A stretch of 64,000 nt of DNA from Octopus sinensis (GCF_006345805.1 NC_043003.1:79050001-79114000); one strand, 5' to 3'; shown: positions 1 through 12,337, numbered from the stretch's first letter. Program-made: numbers and translations. Notes: a model not told the origin generated them from the sequence alone.

Positions 1-269
1 CCATTGCACCAAATATTTGTGTTTGTGTTAGCTTCTCTTATGCAAATAATCCAGTCCATATTCTACAGAATGGATGAGAAATTAATGATTTCAGTTTACG
101 TTTTATTTGGGAAAAAGCCAACTTTAGAGAAGAAACTAAATAAAAGGTGTGTAGTCAATGTTGATTAAGTTTTTTCCCGGGGGTATTACTGTTATTTATT
201 TTATTGGATCTGAAGATGAGGCAAAGAAAACATAAATACTAGCGATACATACATATAAGTATGTATATA

Positions 270-295
270 TGTATATATGTATGTATGCATGCATG

Positions 296-327
<32 letters not shown>

Positions 328-350
328 TCTCAGACACACACACACACACT

Positions 351-382
<32 letters not shown>

Positions 383-470
383 CACACACAGATATACATA
401 CATGAATATATATATATATATATATATACTACATAAATACATACATATATGCACACACACACATACACAC

Positions 471-514
<44 letters not shown>

Positions 515-545
515 TCCAGACACACGTACACACATAATATATACA
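270..545. repeat. Compound (TA)n/(CA)n microsatellite, representative of dozens of such tracts in the window
   Basis: Direct dinucleotide runs; they generate the YI/HT/VC-rich ORFs in the track. Confidence 0.95.
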
Positions 546-1206
546 TGTATACATAAGAGACTCAAGAGTTGAGAATTTCGTGCATTCCATTTCTCAAATC
601 CATATGTGGAGAAAAAGTTGCAGAACTTTGGTCTTGCTCTTCTACTGCAGCACATTCGATGGAATTTCTAAACTAAGAGCCAAATGCCATTCAGATCACA
701 ATTTACCCGTCCTTTATCGAGTACCGCGTATCAAGAACTTGCACTATCTAATGTGTTTGATACTAAAAAAATAGATAAATGTATGAGATCAGCTGCGCCG
801 ACAACAGATGGAATGGTCAGAACTCGAGCGCCAATGATTATAGTTTTACTCAATCAGGACAAAACAACAACTACAACATACAGGTTCAGCTTGGTCATTT
901 AGGTTTCACAAGAGGTAAACCACAGTAACAACTACAACAGCATACAACTCCGACCTGCTGAGTCAAAGTTAAAAAGGAATTAAGCAGCAACAACGAACAA
1001 CATATTTCACTTACGTTTCTTAGTTAGAGACGCTTTTCACTAAGGAGGTCGAATAAGACCGAAGCATACATAATTAGTAATTGAATTAACGTTATCTTTT
1101 TCTTCACCAGATAATTATTTAGAATTCGATTTTTGATACACACTACATCATGTATACTAACCTGAATTTAGCTATTGCTTCATATGCAGAGTAATTAACC
1201 TCAATG

Positions 1207-1209
1207 ATA

Positions 1210-1267
<58 letters not shown>

Positions 1268-1334
1268 GTTGTTGCTGTTGTTGTTGTTATTGTTATTGTT
1301 ATTGTTGTTATTGTTGTTGTTGTTGTTGTTGTTG

Positions 1335-1367
<33 letters not shown>

Positions 1368-1378
1368 GATCATCATCA

Positions 1379-1426
<48 letters not shown>

Positions 1427-1656
1427 CATCATCATTATTATTATTATTATTATTATTATTGTTGTTATTGTTGTTGTTATTATTATTATTATTATTATTG
1501 TTATTGTTATTGTTGTTGTTGTTGTTATTATTATTATTATTGTTATTATTGTTATTGTGTTGTTGTTGTTGTTAGTATTATTATTATTATTCATCATCAT
1601 TATTATCATTATTATTATTATTATTATTATTACTATTATTATTATTATCATCATCA

Positions 1657-1701
<45 letters not shown>

Positions 1702-1943
1702 TATTATATTGTTGTTATTGTTGTTGTTGTTATTATTATTATTATTATTGTTATTATTGTTAATGTTGTTGTTGTTGTTATTATTATTATTATTATTATT
1801 ATTGTTGTTGTTATTGTTGTTATTATTATTATTATTAATATTATTATTATTATTATTATTATTGTTCTTGTTATTGTTATTATTATTGTTATTGTTGTTG
1901 TTGTTGTTGTTGCTGTTGTTGTTATTGTTATTGTTATTGTTGA
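1207..1943. repeat. Long compound (ATT)n/(GTT)n/(ATC)n trinucleotide tract
   Basis: Direct; source of the poly-L/I/Y ORFs. Confidence 0.95.
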
Positions 1944-1960
1944 GCAGAAATGTGAAAATA

Positions 1961-2182
1961 TACGACGGGATGATGAAAAAGTTCCTGGCTTTAGGGCTAT
2001 CGTGGAAGGCGTAGTTAGTAGCTCAATATTCCGAATTCTTTTACAAGGATCAGAAAAATTAAAGGCCCGCTGCAATAAGAGTGTGAATCTGAGCTGGGAA
2101 TATGTTGAATAAAATCATAATTAACTGATCCTCTTGTATCTTTTTTAGCTCAAAGCCAGGAACTTTCCTGCAAACCCTTGTA
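1961..2182 (+). mobile_element. Non-autonomous mariner (MITE) retaining transposase C-terminus
   Basis: TA-bounded imperfect TIRs (tacgacgggatgatgaaaaagttcctggcttt / aaagccaggaactttcctgcaaacccttgta); internal frame GSEKLKARCNKSVNLSWEYVE* resembles mariner C-termini; same family as 24520. Confidence 0.8.
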
Positions 2183-2660
2183 TTTAACGATTCTCTTATC
2201 ACAACTTCAGCAACTGCGACAAAGCCTGTCTCATTGAAGAGGTTTAATAAGACCGAAGCATGTCTGTGATTATGTCCCACGTTTGCCGAATTAATTGTAA
2301 TAATATTTGTCATTGAGTTAGTTATGTATTTTTTCATGGCTTAATTATTTCAAATTAGATGTTCGATGTTTTCCATTAATTATGTTAACAATGGCAATAA
2401 CAATAGCGAACACTTTGCTTCCTAATTCTAATCTAATTTTCTCTGTTACTGACAAACACTGCCCAAGCGTTCTTAGTGGTTTCATGTTTAAAGCTGAGGA
2501 AAGATAAATGACAGCAAGGACTGCAATGGAATTTATTTTACGTAAGAGTTTACGTTGGCACGAAGAGCAGAATCCTTGATACTCGCAGTCGTTAGAGAAC
2601 ATTGAAATCGAGTTCTATGCGACTGATGCTCCTCTTCAACAATCAACTATTGAAGTCTGC

Positions 2661-2818
2661 AAGAGAAACATAGAAAGAAGGTAATTCAAGAAAAACTTAG
2701 AAAGAGGATAATTCAAGAAAAACTTAGAAAGAGGATAATTCAAGAAAAACTTAGAAAGAGGGTAATTCAAGAAAAAACATAGAGAGCGGATAATTCTAAA
2801 AACATAGAAAGAGGATGT
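2661..2818. repeat. 27-bp minisatellite, about 5-6 copies
   Basis: Unit gataattcaagaaaaacttagaaagag repeated, decaying at both ends. Confidence 0.9.
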
Positions 2819-3654
2819 TCTGTTTAAGGAATGGGCTTGCCTGCCCATGCATGTGAAGACTAGATCCGACGAACTCTGCAGAAGAAACCTCATGGTTTAA
2901 CGAAAGGGAAGGCGACTCCTGTGCAGTGCAGAGAGTTTGATGAAGCAAGTAGGAAGGATATCTTGGTCATCCACTGCATCCGTCTCCCTTTCCAGACGTC
3001 TTACCACTAAAATAAAAGATGGTCACCGATGAGAGAGTGAAGCTGATGGTGCGCAACTCTTCTTCACTTTAAAGAAAGTCACCGCGCAAGTCATCAGTCA
3101 TCCTAAGATGACTAGATGGTCCTCGTCACACCGACGGACGAACATGATAAGGAAAGGGCGCAGTTGTTAATCTGGACATAATACAGAGAACTAAAAAAAG
3201 CAGAGACGAATCACTTAAGAGTGCTGAGTTGTAGCGGTACAACTGACTAACACTGGGGAACAAAGTCTGCTATAGTGTGGTAAAAGCACAGAGGGAAAAG
3301 ACAAGGTGCTTGTGAGGAAGATGCTGGAGTTTCTTGATGATTGATTTTCATGCTAATCAGTCAGCTGGACTTTTCTACATATAGTCAAGAAAGTCTGCGG
3401 GCTCAGGCGCGTGTGTATAGTAGCAGCTCCGTCCCACATATGGAGACAGAAGTCCACTGATCTTACTTGAACGAATTTGAAACAAACAGTGTTTTCCCGA
3501 ACTTAACATTCTAAGAAATTACTGCGAGATATCACTGAGACAAAAATAAAATAATGCCTCTCATATTTTGGAAAAAGTCCAGAATATGCTATATATGTGT
3601 GTGTGTGTGCGTGTGCGTGTGTGTATACATGCATACACATACACACATATACAT

Positions 3655-3731
<77 letters not shown>

Positions 3732-4482
3732 CAAACATATGCGCATGCATACATACAAATGTATGCATGTATAGATATACACTGTCTACTTAAATATACG
3801 CGCACATATATACGCACGAATATATGTATATACATACATGCGTGTGGAAGTGTAGTGTAGTATATTTATAACCAGCTTCAATATGTTTCCTAATCTGTTT
3901 CCTGTATGCTTTTTTTTGTGTGTATGTTTTTGGAACATTATACACATGTAATGGCACCGTTTTGTAATGTTGTGTACTTTCTTCATTACATAAATAATAT
4001 GTACATCCAGATGTATTTTTACGAGAGAATTGAGTACACGCCTAATCTATATATACATATGTGTGTGTGCGTGCGTGCATGGTGCGTGCTTGTGTGTGTG
4101 TGTGTGTGTGTAACGCACAGGTACTTAGATCGACACGAACAACTTCTGAAAGTCACATTATATCGCTTCTGCATTACCTGTTAACCCCACAAGCGTCGAA
4201 GTGTACCTGTGGCTCAAATCTACGTACAAGAGGTTGATATGAGTAACACTATGAGAGTGGGAAAGGAGCTGGAATACTTCGGAAAGTGTTTCCAAATGAA
4301 TGATGAAGGATACACACAATGAGAGGCCACACAGATGGAAAGTTGTATGCATGTCTGCAGAAGATCATGTACGGATATGTAACCAGAAAGCTTCAAGGTT
4401 ACAGAGGCATAGTTTGCCAAATTAATCTTTGTTGCTTTGCCTCACATCATTCTGTCTTAGAAAAAAATAAATAATATTTTGG

Positions 4483-4880
4483 CACAAGCGTAGCTGTGTG
4501 GTAAGAACTTGCTTCCTAACCACATGGTTTCAGGTTCAGTCTCATTGCGTGGAACCTTGGGTAAGTGTCTTTTAGTATAGCTTCGAGCTGACCAAAGACC
4601 CGGAGCTATAGTTGATGATTAGCGTGTATTAGACAATGGATTTGGTAGACGGAAACTGAAAGAAGTCCATCGTATATGTTTGTGTGTGTGTGTGTGTTTA
4701 ACCCTCACCACCACTTGACAACCGCTGCTGGTGTGTTTACTTCCCCAAGAGACCAACAGAATAAGTACCAGTCCTAAAATATAAGTACTGGGTTCAATTC
4801 ATTCAATTGAAAAATTCTCCAAGGCGGTGCCCCAGCATGGCCGCAGTCTAATGACTGAAACGAGTAGAAGATAAACGATA
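4483..4880 (+). mobile_element. SINE family A (tRNA-like head, internal TA/TG microsatellite)
   Basis: A-box-like tagctgtgtggt, B-box-like ggttcagtc, ccttgggtaagtgtctt block and ggcggtgccccagcatggcc tail; more than 10 copies in window. Confidence 0.85.
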
Positions 4881-4909
4881 ACAGTTATTCTTCAGTTTCC
4901 CGCACATAG

Positions 4910-5110
4910 GAAAAATATGAGACGGTCACGATTGGAATGATTTTGGTCACTGGACTGCTCGTTCAGAGCTGACCTCGTGTTAAACAACAACAATGCAACG
5001 TGAGTTTCTACTTTGTCGCTTTATTTACCTACCAGCTCACAACCTTTCCTTCTTTGAAGCACAAGGATTTGATTTGAGGGAGAGGTTTATTCCTTATTTT
5101 TAGCAGTGAT
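4910..5110. mobile_element. Degenerate fragments of dispersed repeat family E (two orientations)
   Basis: gctgacctcgtgttaaacaacaac tail and gatttgagggaga motif; related pieces at 6535-6800, 6915-7090 and 47890-48190. Confidence 0.5.
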
Positions 5111-5148
5111 AATGACCACTTAGTGGCATCATCTGGTAATTAATTACA

Positions 5149-5221
5149 GTATCCGTGGCCCAATGGATAAGGCACCGGCCTCCTAAGCCGAGGATTGCGG
5201 GTTCGAGTCCCGTCGGAGGTA
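5149..5221 (+). tRNA. tRNA-Arg-CCT: tRNA-Arg(CCT), intronless, imperfect stems (possible pseudogene)
   Basis: 73-nt cloverleaf GTATCCG-TG-GCCC-AATGGATA-AGGC-A-CCGGC-CTCCTAA-GCCGA-GGATT-GCGGG-TTCGAGT-CCCGT-CGGAGGT-A; anticodon CCT at 5182-5184; intact A and B boxes; TTTT about 10 nt downstream. Confidence 0.8.
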
Positions 5222-5235
5222 TATGAAATATTTTA

Positions 5236-5637
5236 GGCGCAGGAGTGGCTGTGTGGTAAGTAGCTTGCTTACCAACCACATGGTTCCGGGTTCAGTCCCA
5301 CTGCGTGGCACCTTGGGCAAGTGTCTTCTACGATAGCCTCGGGCCGACCAAAGCCTTATGAGTGGATTTGGTAGACGGGAACTGAAAGAAGACCGTCGTA
5401 TATATGTATATGTATATATATATATGTGTGTTTGTGTGTCTGTGTTTGTCCCCCCCCCAACATTGCTTGACAACCGATGCTGGTGTGTTTACGTCCCAGT
5501 AACTTAGCGGTTCGGCAAAACAGACCGATAGAATAAGTACTAGGCTTACAAAGAATAAATCCTGGGGTCGATTTGCTCGACTAAAGGCGGTGCTCCAGTA
5601 TGGCCGCAGTCAAATGACTGAAACAAAAGAGTAAAAA
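5236..5637 (+). mobile_element. SINE family A, full length
   Basis: Complete head, body and tail ending aaaagagtaaaa; immediately downstream of the tRNA. Confidence 0.9.
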
Positions 5638-5652
5638 TCTATAGTGTTTCAT

Positions 5653-6425
5653 CAACTGATTCTCAACTGGGATTCATACAACCCTTGAGGGTCTATAAAA
5701 TATTTTATTGTGAAAATTTATGTACAATTGGTTATACTTCCATAATACACAAATTTTTTATAAAATCCCTGACAATATTTAATAATAAAAGTATAGGGTG
5801 TCCCAGAATGAACTATCTATTTCAGTGAAATCGGAATTTTTTTTAAAAACTACTCACTTTTATCTGTTTAACATGTTTAATATGTGTTAAAAGTGTATGG
5901 ATTTTTATTTTTGTATATAATTATATAATTTTTATATATTTTTTCATAATTTTATTTTAATTCCTGTTGGCTCCCATTTATCTGCCCACAACAGCTTTTT
6001 TCCAATTTGGCTGCAATCATTTTCTCTACCTCCAACCTAAGAATGGATAAATTTTTTAGCTGAACTTAAAGTACACAGTCAGTTAGCAGTGCAGGGGATT
6101 ACTACTGAAATGCTTCAAAATGTGTTTCTCAACGCTAGGGATAGATTTGAAATTTGCAGGGATACTGACAGAGCACATATTGAAAATATTCGCTAAAGTT
6201 TTGACGTAAGATTTATAAATCTATTAGTTTTGGTATCATAATTAAGTAATAAGCGTAAAACTCTGTCAGTTTTTCATTTTAATTGCCCGATTTCATTGAA
6301 ATAGTTAATTTTGGAACATTCTTATAACAGGATTTTTTAAAAACATTAAATGGCTACGAGGGTTCACCCGAGTAAAATAGGAATCAAAGGGGTCCACATA
6401 TAAAAAGAATGGTTGAGAACCACTG
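5653..6425. mobile_element. hAT (Charlie-like) non-autonomous DNA transposon
   Basis: Right TIR gttgagaaccactg; degenerate left TIR caactgattctcaac; subterminal ggggtcca-type motifs; no clear 8-bp TSD. Confidence 0.6.
5792..6326 (+). mobile_element. Deleted Tc1/mariner element nested in the hAT element
   Basis: TA-flanked TIRs tatagggtgtcccagaatgaacta / tagttaattttggaacattcttata; internal LAELKVHSQLAVQGITTEMLQNVFLNARDRFEICRDTDRAHIENIR* resembles a transposase C-terminus. Confidence 0.65.
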
Positions 6426-7239
6426 AATAGGATGTATAAAGTTAAAAGCCAGTCTTAGCCAGAATATCTGGTTCTTATGTCAGGGTTCATTCTAGAAATA
6501 CAACGGTTTCTTGACTGAGTTAATGAGGGAACTTGAACGCGGGCGCTCGATCTGTTCAAGATAGCAGCCAAATCTTGAAATATCACCCGAAAAGAGAAAA
6601 AAACATATTGGCTAAGGACGTTCTTCATATACAAAAACGATCCAACTTGATTGCAAGATGATCGCGGCAGTATCATCTTGTGATCATGGATCTTGTGATA
6701 TAGAGCTGATAGCAGGAATAAGGACTCTGCGTTTGTTGTGGAGACTTTGAGTATAAGTCTATACATGATGAGGGCTAACTTTAGGTTAAACAGCAAGCCC
6801 CTAACAGTAACAATATCTATTTCAATTTAGGTTTTTAGGTCGATACAGTGGACAAATAACTATATAAAGGATGTGTTTAACACAGACACAATATGTCGTA
6901 TAATCTGTGAGAGAGCTTCTACGTGGTTGCTCGATTTGCTAGAAATAGCAGTATGATTCTCTTTCATATACCATATTACATTCTAAGAAAAAAGGTTACA
7001 TTGTATGATGTAGTTCTCTGGTGAAAAAAATAAGATAGCCATTCTTGAATGTGTTTTGTCTGCTCGACTAAAAGTAATCTGGGACTAGCTAGAGGTTTCA
7101 GAATATGGCAAAAGGTCAGCAATTCGCTTAATTTTATATGCTACGAACTGCTTTTGCTTCAATGTCTATATTCACAGGTATGAATAATTCCTGTCTTTGA
7201 GTTCTTTGCCACAGTTAGAGCGGTGAGAGGATATCCTCT

Positions 7240-7400
7240 CGACCCCAGGACTTATTCTTTGTAAGCCTAGTACTTATTCTATCGGTCTCTTGCCGAACCG
7301 CAAAGTGACAGGGACGTTAACACACCAGCATCGGTTTTCAAGCGATGTTGGGGGACATACACACACACTCACTCACACATACACACATACACACACACTC

Positions 7401-7475
<75 letters not shown>

Positions 7476-7630
7476 CGACGGGCTTCTTTAAGTTTCCGTC
7501 TACCAAATCCACTCACAAGGCTTTGGTCGGCCCGAGGCTATAATAGAAGACACTTGCCCAAGGTGCTACGCAGTGAGACTGAACCCAGAACCATGTGGTT
7601 GGTAAGCAAGCTACTTACCACACAGCCATA
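7240..7630 (-). mobile_element. SINE family A
   Basis: Reverse complement of the 5236 consensus with expanded internal CA/TA tract; a further partial copy at about 7640-7800. Confidence 0.85.
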
Positions 7631-8182
7631 CACACACAGAAGACAAGCTTTCATGTTTCGCAGCCAAACCCACTCACATGGTTTTGGTTGGCTCCAGGCT
7701 ACAGTAGAAAATACTTACCCAAGTGGCGACGCTGTGGGACTGAATCCGGAACCATGTGGTTGCGAAGGTAACGTCTTACCATACATCTACGCCTCACATC
7801 GTCGAAACTCCGAAGTCCCAGTCAACAACATTGTTGTATAAGAATAACAAATTTGTACTATACGAATGTATAAAGTAACCTATCAGATTAATGTGAAACT
7901 GTTTTTATTTTTAATTGAACGTAAAAACAAACATTGCACTTAAATTAGATTGAATTAAATAAAATTAAATGTCCTTGTCATGTCTTGTCTAATTGTTTGC
8001 CTTTCCTCACTACTTTAACCTACACTTATATATATATATATATATATGTGTGTATGTATATGTATATATATATATATATAAATAATATATATATATATAT
8101 ATATATATACACAAATATACATACGTACACACACACATATATATTATATATATACATATACATTCAAATGTATATATATATA

Positions 8183-8237
<55 letters not shown>

Positions 8238-9190
8238 TATATACACGTACATACTTACATACGTACCTATGTATATATATATATTCGCCTACGCGCACTC
8301 TTCAACATAAGCACTTTATAACAATACCTCCTTATATCGTAGTCCATAATACACACATGCACACGCACGCACACACACACACACGCACAAACACACGTAC
8401 ACAGTGTTAACGAGTGCCAGTTAGTTAGCCAGTCAAAAATATCGAGAATCAGTATCTTCTAGAGTGTCCACTTCCATTTTTTTTTAAGTGAGCAACCCGA
8501 AAACAGTTGTTTTTATTTTCTCTTTTTCATACTTCATTATAATGATAGTTTTAATAAAACAGAACAATTTCAACAACAACGATAGCAACAACAATAAAAA
8601 AAAACAGTATCTTTTAATGCTTTATTTAATAATCAATTAATTTGAATGCGTCTCCGTCTTTAATTAATTTTAATAAGATAAACGTAAAATTCCTTTTCGT
8701 GTTGAGTTGAAATTCTCCCATGGGAGAATCGTGATAAGGCGAGAGATCTCTATTTGCGTTTAATTAATTTTTTTTAATTATATTTTAAATTAGACTGTGG
8801 TAGAATGGTAAAACACATAACCCTTTTTTTAAATAATTTTTTTTTAAAAATAATTTTGCCTGATTTGGTGTCAGGAATGGCAATTTGAATCAGATTGTAG
8901 GATTAACACGTTTTCTCATTTACCTTGTTCAGGTTTTACATGTTTGATATCGTCTGTCAAGCTTCGAACTAGATGTCCAACGGCATTTATTTTAGTTGTT
9001 GCCATGGCTATTTATTCTATAGGTGTTTTTTGTCGAACCGCTAAGTTACGGGGACTTAAACACACCGACACTGGTTGTCAAGTGGTGGGACACACACACA
9101 CACAGGCACGCACACACGCACATACACATACACACACACACATACATACATACATACATACATGCATGCATGCATACATACATACATACA

Positions 9191-9221
<31 letters not shown>

Positions 9222-9234
9222 GCAAAACCACTAG

Positions 9235-9658
9235 CATGTTGGCAGAACCGTTAGCAAGCTGGACAAACTGCTTAGCGTCATTTCGTCCGTCTTGACGTTC
9301 AAATTCCGCTGAGGTCAACTTTGCCTTTCATCCCACCGGGGTCAATAAAATACGTATCAATTGTGCACTGGGGTCGATGTAATTGACTACATACCCTCCT
9401 CCAACATTTCTGGCCTTGTATCAAAATTTGAAATCATTAAAGGCAGTTAGCTGGCAGAATCGTTAGCACGCCGGGCGAAATGCTTAGCGGGATTTCGTCT
9501 ACCGTTACGTTCTGAGTTCAAATTCCACCGAGGCCGACTTCGCCTTTCATCCTTTCGGGGTCGATAAATTAAGTACCAGTTACGCACTGGGGTCGATGTA
9601 ATCGACTTAATCGCCTTGTCTGTCCTTGTTTGTCCCCTCTATGTTTAGCCCCTTGTGG
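9235..9658 (+). mobile_element. Two head-to-tail SINE family D copies; the second is truncated by HERO
   Basis: ggcagaatcgttagcacg head, gagttcaaattcc B box, central gactttgcctttcatcc-ggggtcgataaa-agtaccagt block. Confidence 0.85.
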
Positions 9659-10990
9659 AGCAGGCAAGAACATCCTTCTTGATCAAGCCTATCTTCGACG
9701 TTTTGCCTTCACCGGCTAATTTAGTCCGGTGGAACATACAAACAACTGATGAATGTAGATGCAGAGAGAAAACGACAGTGAGACACGTTCTGTCAAACTG
9801 CAGGCTAGCACTTGACAGATATACATGGCGTCACAATCAAGTAATCGGTGTCATAAACGCAGCACTAAAGGAGAAGATCGAGGGATATAATAGGGGAGAG
9901 TACCCAAAAGTGGAAAAGCGCGGAAGGATATACTTCCAGATGGATGGAAAAGGACATAAGACTAGGCCTACAAAAAATGTATACGAGACAGACGAGAGAT
10001 GAAAGGGATACTGGGAGCTGGTTGCGGATTTGGAAAGATTGTTAATATTTCTACTCATAAAAACTACAAAAAGATCGGACTTAATCCTATGAAACACAGA
10101 ATGAAAAAAATGGAATTTTGTTAGAACTGATAATGCCATGGGAAGAGAACATCGCTAATGCAGAGCAACGGAAGGAGAGGAGGTATGAGAGATTAATCGA
10201 AGAGTGCGGGGAACAGGGGTGGACTGTCGAGTATTACCACCCGGCAGCGAGGGCTAGAGGTTTCATTGAAAGGAAAATGGTGATATTATTTAAAAGAAGG
10301 TTTGCATTTTCAAGCTCAGAGCTGAGAAAACTAACAAGGAGGATATACAGGAGGCAGTCGACAAAGCCAGCTTCTATATAAGGCTGGAACGAGAGACCCA
10401 AAATGGTTCGAATGCAATATGCCAACTGTGAAATAACGTCACAAGGTGAGGCTGGCTGGCACTTAAACAGCGTTGCTGCTTGACAGGTGGACCAAGGGAA
10501 CCATCTCGTTCATTGCGCACCTCCCTCCCCGATAGTTCGACGGCTTGTACCACAAGACGGCTAACCGGCTCTGGCTGCTGGAGCTGAAACTAACGCGACT
10601 CAGTTGGAAGGCAGGTCTAAAGAGAGCACGGGCCAGAACTACGCGCCTTTCCCCTCTATTGGTCCGTTGAAGCCTAGATTGTGTCACGTGACAGCTGGCG
10701 CTGGCTGCTGGAGCCTACCAGCAAGTATGTAAAGGGAAATTTGCCAGGGTGGCCATTTTCCATTCGCCCGCTGACATTCGTTGCATCGAAGAAACCAAAA
10801 AGCAAAAAGCAAAAGAACAAAGGAAAAACACACTCAACAACAGCGCTGAAGACACCCCCGGAGGGCGGAGGCGGTAGAAGAGTAAGGGCCAAAACAGAAC
10901 GTGGTTTCTCTTGATGATGTCCTTAGCCACTGGATATTACAAAGGAGCTGTTGAGGTAGCGAACCACGAAACGTGGTTGAAATTCCTACA
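9655..10990 (+). mobile_element. 5'-truncated HERO-like (RLE-type) non-LTR retrotransposon: zinc knuckle, RLE domain, probable long 3' UTR; disrupted
   Basis: SFLIKPIFDVLPSPANL-W, C-R-C-x7-H-x4-C, RYTWRHNQV, RSDLIL, LIMPWEE, ERRYERLIEEC-EQGW, ARGF motifs, typical of HERO-clade C-termini as I recall them; stops and frameshift near 10000-10120. Confidence 0.8.
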
Positions 10991-11025
10991 CACACACACA
11001 CACACACACACACACCACACACACG

Positions 11026-11064
<39 letters not shown>

Positions 11065-11080
11065 ACACACACACATACAT

Positions 11081-11425
11081 AAAGGGGTAAAGACCCCCTT
11101 CGGTCATGAATGAATATGGGATTGCACCTAGAAAGTTACCCTCCTAGACACAAGTCCGGGCGAGGTTGTTTATGGAAGACCAGCAGTCGCCCATGCATAC
11201 CAGCCTCCCCTCTCCACGCCACTAGTGTTATTCAAGGGAAAGACAAAGGTCGATACAGCTTGGCACCAGTGACGTTGCAACTCATTTCTACAGCAGAGTG
11301 AACTGGAGCAACGTGAAATAAAGTGCCTTGCTCAAGAACACAACACGCAGCCCGGTCCGGGATTCGAGCTCACAACCTCACGATCGTAAGCTCGACGCTT
11401 TAACCACTGAGCCATGCGCCTTCAC
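11081..11425 (-). mobile_element. SINE family C, full length
   Basis: Head gaaggcgcatggctcagtggtta, ttcttgagcaaggcacttta central block, tail ending ggggtctttacccc. Confidence 0.85.
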
Positions 11426-11454
11426 ATACATATATGAATATGTACGTATGCTTG

Positions 11455-11748
11455 TATGCATGGCCTAGTGGTTAGAGTGTTGCACCCACAATCTAGCGAT
11501 CGTGATTTCAATTCCTAGACCGGGTGGTGTGTTGCGTTCTTGAGCAAAACACTTCATCTCACGTTGCTCTGCTATCACTTCGACACCTGATACGTGGTAC
11601 ACCTTGCACCTGTTCAGACAACGTTGATTTGTTGGAGGACATGAACAAATGTGCAGCACAAACATTTGATCACTATAAACAAATCGTTTTGTGCAGGTCG
11701 TTCGGCAAAAGCTGAACGTTCCTACGTTGTCTTCAACGGGTGAGTCCA
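11455..11748 (+). mobile_element. SINE with C-like head/central block and a distinct tail
   Basis: tggcctagtggttagag, ttcttgagcaaaacactt, then tail ending cctacgttgtcttcaacgggtgagtcc. Confidence 0.7.
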
Positions 11749-11772
11749 TTATATCATATCATATATAGTTTA

Positions 11773-12157
11773 GTGGAGGCGCAATGGCCCAGTGGTTAGG
11801 GCAGCGGACTCGCGGTCATAGGATCGCGGTTTCGATTCCCAGACCGGGCGTTGTGAGTGTTTATTGAGCGAAAACACCTAAAGCTCCACGAGGCTCCGGC
11901 AGGGGATGGTGGTGATCCCTGCTGTACTCTTTCACCACAACTTTCTCTCACTCTTACTTCCTGTTTCTGTTGTACCTGTATTTCAAAGGGCCGGCCTTGT
12001 CACTCTCTGTGTCACGCTGAATATCCCCGAGAACTACGTTAAGGGTACACGTGTCTGTGGAGTGCTCAGCCACTTACACGTTAATTTCACGAGCAGGCTG
12101 TTCCGTTGATTCGGATCAACCGGAACCCTCGTCGTCGTAACCGACGGAGTGCTTCTC
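11773..12157 (+). mobile_element. SINE family B, full length with 16-bp TSD
   Basis: Head ggaggcgcaatggcccagtggttagggc; TSD tatcatatatagttta at 11757-11772 and 12158-12173. Confidence 0.92.
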
Positions 12158-12337
12158 TATCATATATAGTTTACTTACGGTAAGATTTAAGAAAAAAGTA
12201 TTCCATCTGGTGAAAGATAAATATTGTTTAGTGCACACACTGTATAGTTATGCGCTACAAATAGTTTCACACAATAAAGATATTATCATGGCTAGTGTCT
12301 CCAAGTAATGTCACGCACACACGTGCACATACGTAAA

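Noticed and set aside
196-655. Long ORFs rich in YI/HT/VC/LSIY/poly-residues throughout the track
   Set aside because: They are translations of stop-poor microsatellites, with no domain signal.
2900-3500. GC-balanced stretch with faint LINE-like peptides (GAVVNLD, LRPTYG)
   Set aside because: Too degenerate to assign; no consistent frame or motif order.
10900-10960. TTGATGA followed by a stem in the HERO UTR
   Set aside because: No GAAA after the stem, so not a hammerhead.
11857-12109. Identical ORFs recurring at 11857, 12744 and 37764 (MFIERKHLKL..., MVVIPAVLF...)
   Set aside because: They lie inside SINE B copies, lack real ATG starts in some cases, and recur because the SINE does.
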